DNA of 64,000 nt, taken from contig OX597822.1 of assembly GCA_951406725.2 (NCBI GenBank), positions 61,690,001 to 61,754,000 of the forward strand, given 5' to 3'. This stretch comes from Octopus vulgaris (lineage: Eukaryota). The translations under genes were made by a program, and so were the position numbers. Shown here in pieces: positions 13,255 through 27,870 of this stretch (position 1 is the first letter of the stretch; each line of letters starts with the position of its first letter). Under the pieces are notes generated by a model. It was given only the letters and a program-made list of their open reading frames with translations. It did not search any database and was not told the origin of the DNA.

Positions 13255-13768
13255 TTACTCTTTTATGTTTTACTTGTTTCAGTCATTAGACTGCGGCCCT
13301 GCTGGGGCATCATCTTGAAGAATTTCTGCCGATCGAACCGATTTCAATAATTGTTTTGTTTTGTAAGCCATGTACTTATTCTATCAGCCTCCTTCGTCGA
13401 ATCGCTAAGTTACGGGGACGTAGACACGTAAATACCTGTTTTCAAGCGATGGTGGGTGACAATCACACACACACACAACCCCCCCACACACACACAACCC
13501 GCCCACAACCCCCCCCACACACACGTTATTTGTGTATTAAGGCTACCATTGATATCATTAGGAAAATATCGTAATACCTTACTCTTGTACTATTTTACTT
13601 GTTTCAGTCATTTGACTATGGCCATGCCGGAGCACCGCCTTTAGTCGAGCAAATCGACTCCAGGACTTATTTTTTGTAAGCCTAGTACTTGTTCTATCGG
13701 CCTCTTTTGCCGAACCGCTAAGTTACGGGATCGTACACACACCAGCATCAGTTGTCAAGCGATGTTGG

Positions 13769-13807
<39 letters not shown>

Positions 13808-13985
13808 CATATATGCATATATACAACGGGCTTCTTTCAGTTTCCGTCTACCAAATCCACTCACAAGGCTTTGGTCGGCCCGAGGCTATAGTAGAAGACA
13901 CTTACCCAAGCTGCCACGCAGTGGGACTGAAACTGGAACCATGTGGTTGGTAAGCAAGCTACTTACCACACAGCCACTCCTACGC
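13255..13985 (-). mobile_element. Two SINE family A copies (partial ~13255-13460; full ~13590-13985)
   Basis: Reverse-complement match to 12478-12870. Confidence 0.85.
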
Positions 13986-15805
13986 ATATACCTTAACCAT
14001 TTTTCAAGCCGATCACATAGGGGAATGTTGCTCGTCTCCATGTTGGATTAAAACACGAAAGATCACAGGAATTCACGATAAAGTCTCGCAAAGAAAACAG
14101 CCGAGATAACGTGCAATAGTCACGTCCCCACTGATTTCTAATTTTGTTTGCGAACAGTGAGACCGAACTCGGAACCGTGCGGTTGGAAGCAAACGTCTAA
14201 TCACACAGCCACGCCTGGGCCTATTGGAAAAATTTCTATTGAATGAACATTCCCACTGCACTATATTACATATGAAAGTCACTACTATATTTCTATTTAA
14301 TATGCAGACGATTTTCTAAGGGGATTTTCGCCCAGCCTTAGACTTGACATATGTGGGCGCATATGTCTGTTGAAGGCAGACATATGAATAAAACTTTGCA
14401 ACTAAATGGTGCCAAACGTGAAATTAGAAAGTGAAAAATACAATAATTCGTTCCTTTAATTGATATATTCTATTATATACATTCCTTCATTCGCTTTCGT
14501 TTCGTTTGTTTTCGTTTTTACGTATGTGATCCAATGCTAGTATGGGTTAGACATGCTAGTATAGTTTGCAGCATTTTTTGCAACCAGATTGACTTGCTTG
14601 CGGATCATGCTACCTGTTTTATCAAGCTAGGTGTCTCATATTCATCATGTTTTTTTTTCCGAACACAGAACCAGCGAACGATTTGTCGAGAGTGGAAATG
14701 TCAACAGCATCACCGTTTGCAACGTTTGTAATCTTCAGAGAAGAGCAAAACCAAATATATGCAAACGTCAGTTAACGTGCGCGTGCTCGCATGCACGCAC
14801 GCACACATGCACGCACGCACGCACGGACACACAAATACACACACACATACATACACACATACACACACACACACGTACGCGCGTGTATGTAATTATGTAT
14901 GTAGATCTATATATATGTGTGTGTGCGTATATATTATATGTGTGTGTGAGAGAGAGAAAGTGTGTGTGTGTTTGCGTATCGTGTACGATGGGGTTTGTAC
15001 AGTTTCCTTCAATCAAAAGTCGAATCGGAGCTACAGTAGAAGGCAGTTGCCCATGACGCTGCACAGTGGAACTTTATTCCAAACTTCTTCATGCTTGTGA
15101 AGTGTACTTCGTAATCAAACAACTATGCGTGTTCTCATTTATTGATATTGAATATTTATAGGACAGCGAGCTGGCTGGCAGAATCGCTAGCATGCCGGAG
15201 TCGACTTTGCTTTTCATTCCTTCGGAGTCGATATAATCAACTTACTACCCTCACTAATGAAAGAACTGCTCTTATGCCAAACTTTGAAAGCAATATCAAC
15301 TATTTATAACTTATTGGATTGGGCCCCTGGATCACAGAACACTGCTACAGAACGTTGAAACATGAAGTAGTAATCATAAGGTTGTTAGTCCCTTATACAC
15401 ACACAATCCCGATTCCTGCTTAGAACCGGGCATCTTTGGACATCTTTGCAAGCATTGAGATGCTTGCACATGAAGAAATTCGCATTTGCCAAGTATAAAT
15501 GCTGCTATGCAACTTCGTAGTAAACTTCATTATTAATATTGTTAATATTTATACTGTAGGAAACATATATGGATTAAGAAATATATTCAGAATTATCCAA
15601 CGGAATATCCCTCTAATTACTTATGCCTTAAGAACTTTATTGGATTTATATGTTAATTGTTGAATAACATATTTTGAATGGCCAACCGAGAGCAAGCCGG
15701 TAATCATTTTAAGGTAATCCCTTACTTTTTACAAACATAATTACATACATATATATACATATATAGGAAAATATATTTATGCAAACATTAAAGGCGTGTG
15801 CGTAT

Positions 15806-15854
<49 letters not shown>

Positions 15855-15960
15855 CAAATACATACATATATATGAATATATATATATATAGTTTGTTATC
15901 CTGTTTAACAATTATATATTATTATTTATATCTATATGTATATGTATATTTGTATATATG

Positions 15961-16034
<74 letters not shown>

Positions 16035-16182
16035 CATATATACATATAGATATAAATATAGATATATAATTGTTAAACAGGATAGCAAACATTAAAGCAA
16101 GGCAAACATCTCAAGTCGTATACGATATACGGTATGTATAGATATATAATGTAATATAATACAATATAATATAATATAATAG

Positions 16183-16219
<37 letters not shown>

Positions 16220-16228
16220 GATGTATTT

Positions 16229-16263
<35 letters not shown>

Positions 16264-16628
16264 GAAAGAGTGAGAGAGTGAGAGATGGATAGATAGATAG
16301 ATAGATAGATAGATAGTTCTGTTGCCAGCACTGTGTGAATAGTCATGTCCATAAGTATTTAAATTTGCGTGCATATGTGTGTGTGCGTGTAGCTCCCGGT
16401 ATTCTCGTTTTCCCCATTATTTATACCTTTTTTTTTTAGCCGTGAGTATGTAAGGTGTGTCTCTACGTGTTCGTTCATAAACATTAATAGCTATTATGGA
16501 CTACGATCACTTGAACTTGCTTATTTGTATGTACTTGCCTCTCATGTTTGACACCGTATGGAACTAGAGAGTATCCACTACCACCACCACTACCACCACC
16601 ACACCATCGTATCACCGCCATCAATTCT

Positions 16629-17044
16629 TATTTCTTTACTGCCCACAAAGGGCTATACACAGAGGGGACAAACAAGGACAGACAAACGGATTAAGTCGAT
16701 TATATCGAACCCCAGTGCGTAACTGGTACTTATTTAATCGACTCCGAAAGGATGAAAGACAAAGTCGACCTTGGCGGAATTTGAACTCAGAACGTAGTGA
16801 CAGATGAAATACCTATTTCTTTACTACCTACAAGGGGCTACACACAGACGGGACAAACAAGGACAGGCAAACGGATTAAGTCGATTAAATCGACCCCAGT
16901 GCGTAACTGGTACTTATTTAATTCACCCCGAAAGTATGAAAGGCAAAGTCGGCCTCGGCGGAATTTGAACTCAGAACGTAACGGCAGACGAAATACTGCT
17001 AAGCATTTCGCCCGTCGTGCTAACGTTTCTGCCAGCTCGCCGCC
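16629..17044 (-). mobile_element. SINE family B dimer with probable target-site duplication
   Basis: Two ~185-bp units and one head; ATCACCGCCATCAATTCT at 16611-16628 and again at 17057-17074. Confidence 0.88.
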
Positions 17045-17422
17045 TTAAATTCTACCATCACCGCCATCAATTCTGTTGTTATCATCACTACCGCTACTTT
17101 GTTGCCTTCTTCTATCATCATCACCATCATCATCATCATTATTATCAACACCACCACCTCTACTACAATCACCACCACCATCCATTTTCATCATTGTCAC
17201 TGCTATCGCAAAAAAATCTTCCCTCTTTTGCTTAACATCACCAACTTTTTCGTAGCTTACATCACCAAGTCTATTCTCTTGTATCTGTCTCTCTGTCTAT
17301 CACTCTGCCTATAAGTGTTTAAAGCTGTCAGCATTTGTCTCTTCTTAACAAGTTACCGATGTGACTCCGGGCGAGAAACGGCATACACTTTGCCGGGCTC
17401 TTTGTACTTGATAAAAGTTGTA

Positions 17423-17496
<74 letters not shown>

Positions 17497-17834
17497 CGCG
17501 CGCGCGTGCGTGCGCGTGTGTGTGTATGTATGTATATATATAGATTGAGAGAGAGTTATATGCACATATGCATCTATCTCTTTCTCTGTCCTTCTCTCTC
17601 TTTCTCTCTCTCTCTCTCTCTGAATATATATATATATACACATACATGAATATGCATATATATAAATATATTTGCGCGTGTTTGTGTGTATATGCATGAG
17701 TATATGCATATATATACACAGAGAGAGACAGTGAGAGAGAGAGGGAGAGAGAGAGAGAAAGAAGAGACATATAGATACATACATGCATGGTTACAGACCT
17801 ATACATACACAAATACACAAACATACGCACATGC

Positions 17835-17907
<73 letters not shown>

Positions 17908-17967
17908 GTTGCACAAATTTGTGTATGTATAGGTCTGTAACCATGCATGTATGTATCTATATGCCTC

Positions 17968-18029
<62 letters not shown>

Positions 18030-18771
18030 AGCAAAAACATAAACACGTTCGTCATCAAAGATACTTGGATGTATATATAGAACTACATACACAAAAATCT
18101 CCATTATAAAAATCTTACAAAAAGCTTTTAACACATTTATTCTAATCTATAAACATTCAAGTTGAATTGCTGTTTATCAAATTATTGAATGTAAAGCATC
18201 GCTTATTTCATAAATGGAAAACAAACCCCGCGAACACGATATCTCTTTTCGTTGCCATCAAACGGGGACCAACACTTCCGCTTTAAACACACAGACACAT
18301 ATATAAGACCAAGGGGGAGAAAAAAGCTCATCTATTCGAGATAAACAAACTGGATAATTTGTAAAGACAAAATACTGAACGTTATATGATCAGTGATAAA
18401 TATTGATTTGATATATAACCTTACGTACATACATACATACATACATACATACATACATACATACATACATACGTACATACATACATACATACATACTTAC
18501 ATACATACATACATACATACACATACATACATACATACATACATACACATACACACGAGCATAAGTGCATATATAAATACATACATATGTATATATACAT
18601 AAATATATACTATTTTACTCTTTTATTTCGTTCCAGCCATGCGGCCGTGGTCATGCTGGAGCAACACATATTCAGATCTTTTTTTCATTTTTTCCGAGCG
18701 TCAAACTATTACACTTGCTTGTTGTTCATACACCTGTCTTCGTCTTTTTTTGTTCTATAAATTTCCACAAC

Positions 18772-18802
<31 letters not shown>

Positions 18803-18836
18803 GCTGTATGTGTGTGCGTAGATATACATTCTGACA

Positions 18837-18906
<70 letters not shown>

Positions 18907-18989
18907 TACACACACACACATATATATATACGTCTATAAAGATATATATATATATATATATTTGTCTCTCTGTCTATACACACACACAC

Positions 18990-19145
18990 TTTGTTAATAA
19001 AGCTGCAAAGACATCACAAAAACTGTTACTCTGAGTAACATCTTTGTGATGTCTTTGCAGCTTTATTAATAAAGCATATTACTCTTCCTCCAGTATTCGG
19101 GCACTATTTTTTCCACCTTGTTTCACATTTATGTGCTTACACTCA
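18990..19145. repeat. Short element with fold-back (18990-19074) centred on GTTACTC-T-GAGTAAC
   Basis: ~42-bp inverted arms; continuation is the reverse complement of 25835-25915. Confidence 0.8.
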
Positions 19146-19166
19146 TATATATGTGTATCTACAAAC

Positions 19167-19349
<183 letters not shown>

Positions 19350-19369
19350 TATATTTATATTGGTAGAAG

Positions 19370-19565
19370 TCACGAAAAAAACCCTAAAAAACATAAGACG
19401 AAGACAGGTGGTGTAGACAACAAAGATATGTATTAGTATAACGCTCGGGAAGTGAAAAGTCTTTAACGTTTCGAGCCTACGCTCTTCCACAGAAAGGAAC
19501 ACAGAAAGAAATAAGGAGAGAAAATAAAGAGAGAAAATAAATAATGTGTAGTGGCTAGCGATCTA
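19370..19565 (-). mobile_element. ~200-bp hammerhead-bearing element adjacent to (TA)n
   Basis: Homologous to 23515-23700 and 57890-58070; hammerhead at 19461-19496. Confidence 0.8.
19461..19496 (-). ncRNA. Minimal hammerhead ribozyme, variant core
   Basis: CTTT CTGTGGA a GAGC gtag GCTC GAAA CG TT AAAG. Confidence 0.65.
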
Positions 19566-20554
19566 TATTTGCCGACGAAATGTGGCGGACCTATACAGGA
19601 CGGTGTTACTTTTGTTTTTAGCCCAAGGAACATATCTCCCGCTGGCCAACGACACACTGTCTGTATCAGCTTAATATTTGCAAGGGAGGACATCGTTCCC
19701 ATCTCTAGCCTTACGTGATACAGACTGACCCGGGTTTCTAGGTGGTTACCTATCTTCACTGTGTGTTAATCATTGGTTAGTGATGAAGAACTCATTCGAC
19801 TTGCAAAATGCTATATTTTTTTCTAGCGACACACTGCCCCTGATCTCATAAAGAGAACGATAATTTATATTAAATCTCTGAGCGAGAAGTAAACAGCAAA
19901 AGTACGGAATCGTAAAATATATTTTCTAACTAGATGTGGCGTTTTCATAGAGGACGGTGTTACTGTTGTTTTTAGCCAAGGGAAGACGTGTGTATATATA
20001 TGTATATATATATATAAGAGTGGATGTGTGGACGGACGTATGTATGTGCGTTACTGCATATACCTGAGTGCATATACATATGTATGTTGGTATATCTGTC
20101 TGAAGATATATTATACTTAGAAGCCACAAGATTCTCATTATTTTTACTTAAAGTTTCGTGTTTCAACACACATCAAGTATTTTGATAAGTAGAAACTTGA
20201 AACGATGGAGCAGCCCCAAGAAACATGAAACGATGTAGCAGGCCATGTATTTTTTCAAGTCTTTAAATATTTAAACGCTACGGAGGACACTTGCTTTCGT
20301 TTGCAACACACACACACATACACGCATACATCCACACACACACACACACATACATACACACACACACACACACGCATGCATCCACACGGGAACACACACA
20401 TTCACACACTTACACACACACAGATAGACATACAGACATAGAGACAAACAGACAGACATCCACACGGACACATACACATTCACACACTTACACACACACA
20501 TAGATAGACAGACAGACAGACAGACATAAAGACAAACAGACAGACAGACACATA

Positions 20555-20590
<36 letters not shown>

Positions 20591-20609
20591 TCGACAGACA
20601 GACAGACAG

Positions 20610-20785
<176 letters not shown>

Positions 20786-20813
20786 GCATACATATGTATG
20801 AATATAAAATTAA

Positions 20814-21020
20814 GGCGGCAAGTTGGCAGAAGCGGTAGCACGCTGAGCAAAATGCCGAGACATTTCGTCCGTCTTTACGTTCTGTGTTCAAATTCCACCG
20901 AGATCGACTTTGCCTTTCGTTCTTTCGGCGTCGATAAAATAAACACCAGTCAAATACTGGGGCCCGTGTTATCGACTCGCCCCTTGCCTTAAAATTTCAG
21001 GCTTTGTGCCTGTAGTAGAA
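20814..21020 (+). mobile_element. SINE family B, full length
   Basis: Head GGCGGCAAGTTGGCAGAA, core, tail CTTTGTGCCTGTAGTAGAA. Confidence 0.85.
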
Positions 21021-21228
21021 TGGCTATGTGTAAATATATATATATATATAAACATACTTATGTATGTATGTATGTATGTATGTATGTATGTATGTATGTA
21101 TGTATGTATGTATGTATGTATGTATGTATGTATGTATGTATGTATGTATGTATGTATGTATATATATGTGTGTGTGTAGGCACGGGTGTGGTTGCGCGCT
21201 AAGAAGTTTGCTTGGCGTTCCTTCGTTT

Positions 21229-21522
21229 TAACTCGACAAAACTATAACAAGTCCTCGGTTGTTTCCGAGTCAACTGGACAATTCACTTCGGCTATATTCG
21301 CGACCTCCGTGACAGTTGGCGTGTTTTGTTTTTACGTATTTATGTGTTGTGGAATATAGATATAACGAAATTATGCCAGCAAAAAAACTTGCATATTTGT
21401 TCTTACTAGCTTGATGCGTGTATGTAAAACCTGTAAATTTTCGGAGGTCACGAAGGTATCCGAAGTGAATTGCCGAGTTGACACGGAAACAACCGAGGTA
21501 TTGTTATGGTTTTGTCGAGTTA
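21229..21522. mobile_element. MITE / fold-back element inserted in a SINE A head
   Basis: ~80-bp imperfect inverted arms (TAACTCGACAAAAC.../...GTTTTGTCGAGTTA); SINE A sequence lies on both sides (~21180-21213 and ~21540-21670). Confidence 0.7.
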
Positions 21523-22499
21523 TGGTTTTGTTATGGTTTTGCTTTCCTGGCCACAGGGTTTCCTGTTCAGTCTCACTGTGAGGCACATTCAGCAAATGTC
21601 TTCTACTATAGTCTTCGGCCGACCAAAGCTTTGCGAATGAATTTGGTAGACGGAAAATGAAGGAAGCCCTTCATATATATAAAACTACTAAAATAAATAA
21701 ACACATTGTACCGAATACGAGGGAATGCAACTCTCGAAACGAGCCCTTTAGAAACAGAATTCACCTGCATATCATATGTTTTCATAATTAGTGCACAAAT
21801 GCACTTTTTAATCTTCAGTGCAAGCATAATTCAAAATGTATAAAAAATTAACAAAAATCAACATACCAGTCGAACACCAAATGTATCCATCGTAGCATAT
21901 AGAATTGTTCAACCTTTATATCTATGTAAAAGGCGGGCTTTTTCGAATTGCATCTCGGTATAACGTGTATATTCGGAATAAAATTCAGCACTGAATATAC
22001 TCCGGTTAAATTTACAATTGAAAAATACGATAAAATCTCTATATGAATTTATCAAATAGCTAACGTGAAAAACCTCATAAGGCAAACATCCACCAGTTAA
22101 AATCACCTCGTTTAAGCTTAGCAGCCCTTCCCGTTTGTTTTCAATGTCCTCTTTTCGTTACCAATTTTGACCCTCCGCAAAATCCCAAATTATATTTAAT
22201 TTGCTTTGCAGGCGCAACTGTTTTGTCGAAGGCGTATCCTGAGGTGAATTTCTCGAAATACGGAGTAGAAAAATAGCCGACAACTGATGAAAAGTCGTTC
22301 TTTGTGTTGCTTGTGTTGTTTTCCATTTATTTCTTTCGTTGTTTGCAAAAAAAGTTCGTATTTCATATTGTTTACGTTCTTTGACGTCCTGTGCCCATAT
22401 ATGTATATATGTATTTACATATATATATGTAAGTATGTACATATATGTATATATGCATATATATATTATTTATATTATTACTATATATATATATATATA

Positions 22500-23280
22500 T
22501 TTCTTTTATTCTCGTTTCTGTCATTTGACTGGGGTCTTGCTGGAGTACGAACCTTCAAGGAGCAAATCGACCTTAGGTTTTATTTTTTTAAAGTCTAGTA
22601 CTTATTCTATTGGTTTTTTTGCCGAACCGCTACGCTACAGGGAACGTAAACACCCTAACACCGGTTGTCAAACGGTGATGGTGGGTACAAACACAGTTAC
22701 AAAGACACACACATATAGATATATGCACAGACACACAGATCCACCCCACCCTCTCACACACACAAATACGACAGGCGTCTTTCAGTTTTGTCTACCAAAT
22801 CCACTGACGAGGCTTTGGTCGGCCCGAGGCTATAGTAGAAGACACTTGCCCTAGGAGTCTCGCAGTGGGACTGAACCCGGAACCATGTGGTTAGGAAGCA
22901 AGCTTTTATGATTGGTAGAAGTTAGTAGTTGTCACTGTGTGGTGAAGAAGATCGATTTTCAAGTACTTGGTTTCCAGTTCACTCCCACTACATGGTACTT
23001 TGAGTAAGTAATCTACTGTAGCCTCACGCCGACCAATGCCTTATGAATTTGATAGCCGTTAAGTGTATAGCAGCCTGTGCGTGTGTTTGCTTGTCTCACC
23101 GCTTGGCAAGCGGTGTTGGTTTGTTTAAGTTCCTGTAACTTAGCAGTTCGATGAAAGACACCGATTGAATAAGTACTGGATTTCAAAATCATAATGAGTA
23201 TACGGGGCCGATTTGTGCGACTAGCAGTTTTTAAAGGTGCTGTCCCAGCATAACTGCAACCCAATGACTGAAACAAAAAC
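22500..23280. mobile_element. Two divergently oriented SINE family A copies (minus ~22500-22905; plus ~22930-23280)
   Basis: Similarity to 12478-12870 in opposite orientations. Confidence 0.8.
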
Positions 23281-23422
23281 AGAAAAAAAAGAAAGAAAAA
23301 AATTACAAGGACACATCAAATGTTGTTAGCTCTGAATAATATCACAACACTCGGAATTGTAGAAATAGTAGCGAAATCTCTCTCAAATCACGCTAATATT
23401 TTAGGGACTTGTATATATATAA

Positions 23423-23501
<79 letters not shown>

Positions 23502-23514
23502 GGCCTTCGCAATG

Positions 23515-23799
<285 letters not shown>

Positions 23800-24903
23800 C
23801 GCGCATGTATGGCTTTGTGTGTGACTGCTTGTGTTAGTGTAACGGCAGGAGTGTCTATGTATGAAGGTATATAAAAGTTACGTTTTTATCTCCGAAGCAG
23901 TGCGTCCATGGACAGACGGAATAAATATAAATAAGGTAAGACTGAGAGATCCATAGAAGTAATGTGTTTTTGTGTGGTGGGGGCTTGGGGATGGATGAAT
24001 GGGTAGACTGAACGAAAGAAAAAATATAGATTACGCACAATATATGATTTTGCTCGCCAAATATTTTATTAACATCAGATCCTGACTATAGCTAAAACAG
24101 CATACTTAACTGGATTTTTATGAACAAAGACAACAGCCCAAGAGATGAGGCTGAAATTCCATTAGTCAGGTAGGGATTTCGTCTTTAAATCCAATTAATC
24201 TGTTTGGCATAATATTGAAGTAATCTCAGCTATAATCTAGGACTATATTGAGCAGGCAGAAACGTATTTTCGTTTATGAGAAACCAAACTACTAAAAAAT
24301 TATACTTTTATATTATATAAATATAGGGCTATGATCTATTTGCATCAGATGCATCTTTCCTTCTTTTCTTCTCTCTTTCTATCTCTCTCTCTCTCTCTGC
24401 CTCTGTCTCTGTCTCTGTCTCTGTCTGTCTCTCTCTCTCTTTCTCACGTATTCAGTCCGATGACCGGGAACGTGAAATTCGAATATTTATATGAAAGGTA
24501 CCAGATGCAATAACCTTTATAAATGTATATACATAGCTAAATACACTCATATATACATGCATTGATACTCACGTACGTATATATTACGTATGTGTGCGTG
24601 TGTGTATGTCTATATTATTATGTATGTGTGCGTGTGTATGTACCTATATACGTATAATCAGCCAAAATTGCGAGGATAATCTGGTGCTTGACTGAGGAAA
24701 GAAAACTTCGAAAGACCTGTCCTTGTTTTCTTTGTATCGTCTATCTGGATGTTTTGTTGTCTCATTTTCCCATTTTTGTATCACCTAGCTGTCCGGATGT
24801 TTTGTGTTCTTGTCCCATTTTGTATTAGATATATATATACTAATACATTTGTTTGTTTGTACACTACCTGCCTTCGTCTTTTGTTTATTTTCGTATACTT
24901 TCC

Positions 24904-24941
<38 letters not shown>

Positions 24942-25009
24942 ATAATATTAGGGAGTAAATCCAAACTTACAGGGAAAAATTAGATTTAGCATTAAATCTA
25001 ATTTTATAG

Positions 25010-25191
25010 TATAAATATATATTAAATTAAATTAGAGATAAAACCACTATTAGGCAAATCAAACAGTGAAAATCATAAGCCAATACATAGAAATAAATTT
25101 AATTAAAAAATATATAAAAAATATAAAATATAAATATAAAAATCCAATTAAAATATTTAAATTAAAGTTAAAATTTTTAGAAAATTATTTA

Positions 25192-25229
<38 letters not shown>

Positions 25230-25239
25230 GTCGGAGTAA

Positions 25240-25271
<32 letters not shown>

Positions 25272-25769
25272 GTATATATATACCGGAGTAAACACATAAA
25301 TGTGAAACAAGGTGGAAAAAAGAGTACTCAAATACCAGTGGTAGAGTAATATACTTTATTTAAAGCATCAGAAAATTCAATTTAAATATTTTTTAAAAAT
25401 TTTAACTTTAATTTAAATATTTTAATTGGATTTTTATATTTTATATTTTATATTTTTATATATTTTTTAATTAATTTTATTTCTATGTATTGGCTTATGA
25501 TTTTCAATGTTTGCCTAATAGTGGTTTTATCTCTAATTTAATATAATATAATATATAAAACTCGCCAAGAAAAATTTTGAAACACCTGATGAATGACTGC
25601 GACCTAAAAATTTGATGACAGCAGCCAGGAAACGATCGTAGTGGATATTAATTATATTTTTTTAATAATTGTTACATATTTAAATAATATAAAAATTAAT
25701 TTATTGTTTGTATTGGCTTAAGTCTTTCATTGTTTGATTTGCCTAATAGTTGGTTTTGTCTCTAATTTA

Positions 25770-25780
<11 letters not shown>
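25010..25780. repeat. Inverted/direct partial repeat complex (Penelope pLTR-like) around a hammerhead
   Basis: ~25015-25195 is inverted at ~25380-25550 and partly repeated at ~25700-25775; (TA)n on both flanks. Confidence 0.7.
25583..25643 (+). ncRNA. Type-I hammerhead ribozyme
   Basis: CAC CTGATGA a TGACTGC (loop) GCAGCCA g GAAA CGATCG TA GTG: canonical core, palindromic stem III, GUA site. Confidence 0.8.
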
Positions 25781-25829
<49 letters not shown>

Positions 25830-25903
25830 ATACCGGAGTAAACACATAAATGTGAAACAAGGTGGAAAAAAGAGTACTCAAATACCAGTGGTAGAGTAAT
25901 ATG

Positions 25904-26034
25904 CTTTATTTAAAGGAGCAGAAAATTCAACAAAACCTGTTACTCTGAGTTTCAGGTTGCCGTTCATCCGATGAACGGCAACGTGACACTCAGAGTAACA
26001 GGTTTTGTTGAATTTTCTGCTGCTTTAAATAAAG
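25904..26034. repeat. 65-bp-arm hairpin whose arms are hammerhead 3' parts
   Basis: Symmetric about 25969; arm consensus GATGA ACG gcaa CGT GAAA CTC a GAG TA ACAG. Confidence 0.8.
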
Positions 26035-26221
26035 TATATATATATATATATAAATATGTGTGTGTAACTTTGTGTCGGTGTTTTTGTGTACTTATGTATA
26101 TGCTTCTGCATCACATACATACATACATTCATACATACATACATATGTACGTACGTAGATTCGTACGTACATACAGATGTATGTATATATTCAGATTTGT
26201 ATTTTCATTATGTATATGTGA

Positions 26222-26587
26222 CCTGGTTCTTCGTCGGTTACGACGATGAGTGTACCAGTTGATCCGATCAACGGAACAGCCTGCTCGTGAAATTAGCGTG
26301 CAAGCGGCTGAGCACTCCACAGACATGCGTACTCTTAACGTAGTTCTCAAGGAGATTCAGCGTGGCTTAGTGGGTAGGATATACGGCTCACGATCGGAAG
26401 GTTGAAATTTCGATTTCTGGCGGTGCGTTGTGTCATTGAGTAAGACATTTTATTTTACATCGTCAGACTCCACTCAGCTGACAATATGAATAGCACCTGT
26501 AGCTCAATGAGCCAGCCTTGTCACGTTCGATGTATAAAATTTTATGCAATGCCCCAGCATGGCCACAGTCTAATGACTGAAACAAGT

Positions 26588-26590
<3 letters not shown>
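26222..26590. mobile_element. Nested SINE C fragments (minus tail, plus head) and a SINE A tail
   Basis: Matches to 8530-8650, 835-970 and 12815-12855 respectively. Confidence 0.7.
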
Positions 26591-26658
<68 letters not shown>

Positions 26659-26803
26659 CAGGGACGTGCCGCCTGTGTAGGCAAGGTAGGCAGTGCCTAC
26701 CCTGAATAAAATAGATCGATAGTAACATTTTCCTTTTATGGCAAATTATGCGCCAAATTCAATAAAATTGTGAAGGTTACTCTGATTACTAACCATAAAA
26801 TAC

Positions 26804-26875
<72 letters not shown>

Positions 26876-26877
<2 letters not shown>

Positions 26878-27213
26878 GGGACCCCCGTCGGTCACGACAC
26901 TGACCATGGGATTGCACCTAGAAAGTTACCCTCCTAGTCATAAGTCTGGGCAAGGTGGTTTATGGAAGACCAGCAGTCGCCCATGCATACCGGCCTCCCC
27001 TCTCCACGCCACCAGTGTTATCCAAGGGAAAGGCAAAGGCCGATACAGCTTGGCATCCGTGACGTCGCAACTCATTTCTACAGCTGAGTTAACTGGAGCA
27101 ACGTGAAATAAAGTGTCTTGCTCAAGAACACAACACGCAGCCCGGTCCGGGATTCGAGCTCACAACCTCACGATCGTAAGATCGACGCTCTAACCACTGA
27201 GCCATGCGCCTTC
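26876..27213 (-). mobile_element. SINE with family C tRNA head and a third tail type
   Basis: Minus: GAAGGCGCATGGCTCAGTGGTTAGAG...CTCGAATCCC...GTTCTTGAGCAAGACACTTTATTTCACGTTGCTCCAG, then a 3' part unlike the other copies. Confidence 0.8.
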
Positions 27214-27243
27214 AAACACACACGCACATACACATATACGCAC

Positions 27244-27657
<414 letters not shown>

Positions 27658-27746
27658 TATAATTTTAACCTTTGAAGGTATTTTTTAATATGTTGGCCAT
27701 TGATAAATTTTTTCGAAAAAAAATTTATCCTACATTAAATAAATAA

Positions 27747-27870
<124 letters not shown>

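Noticed and set aside
22141-22442. Minus-strand ORFs faintly resembling a mariner N-terminus
   Set aside because: No convincing motif or TIR found.
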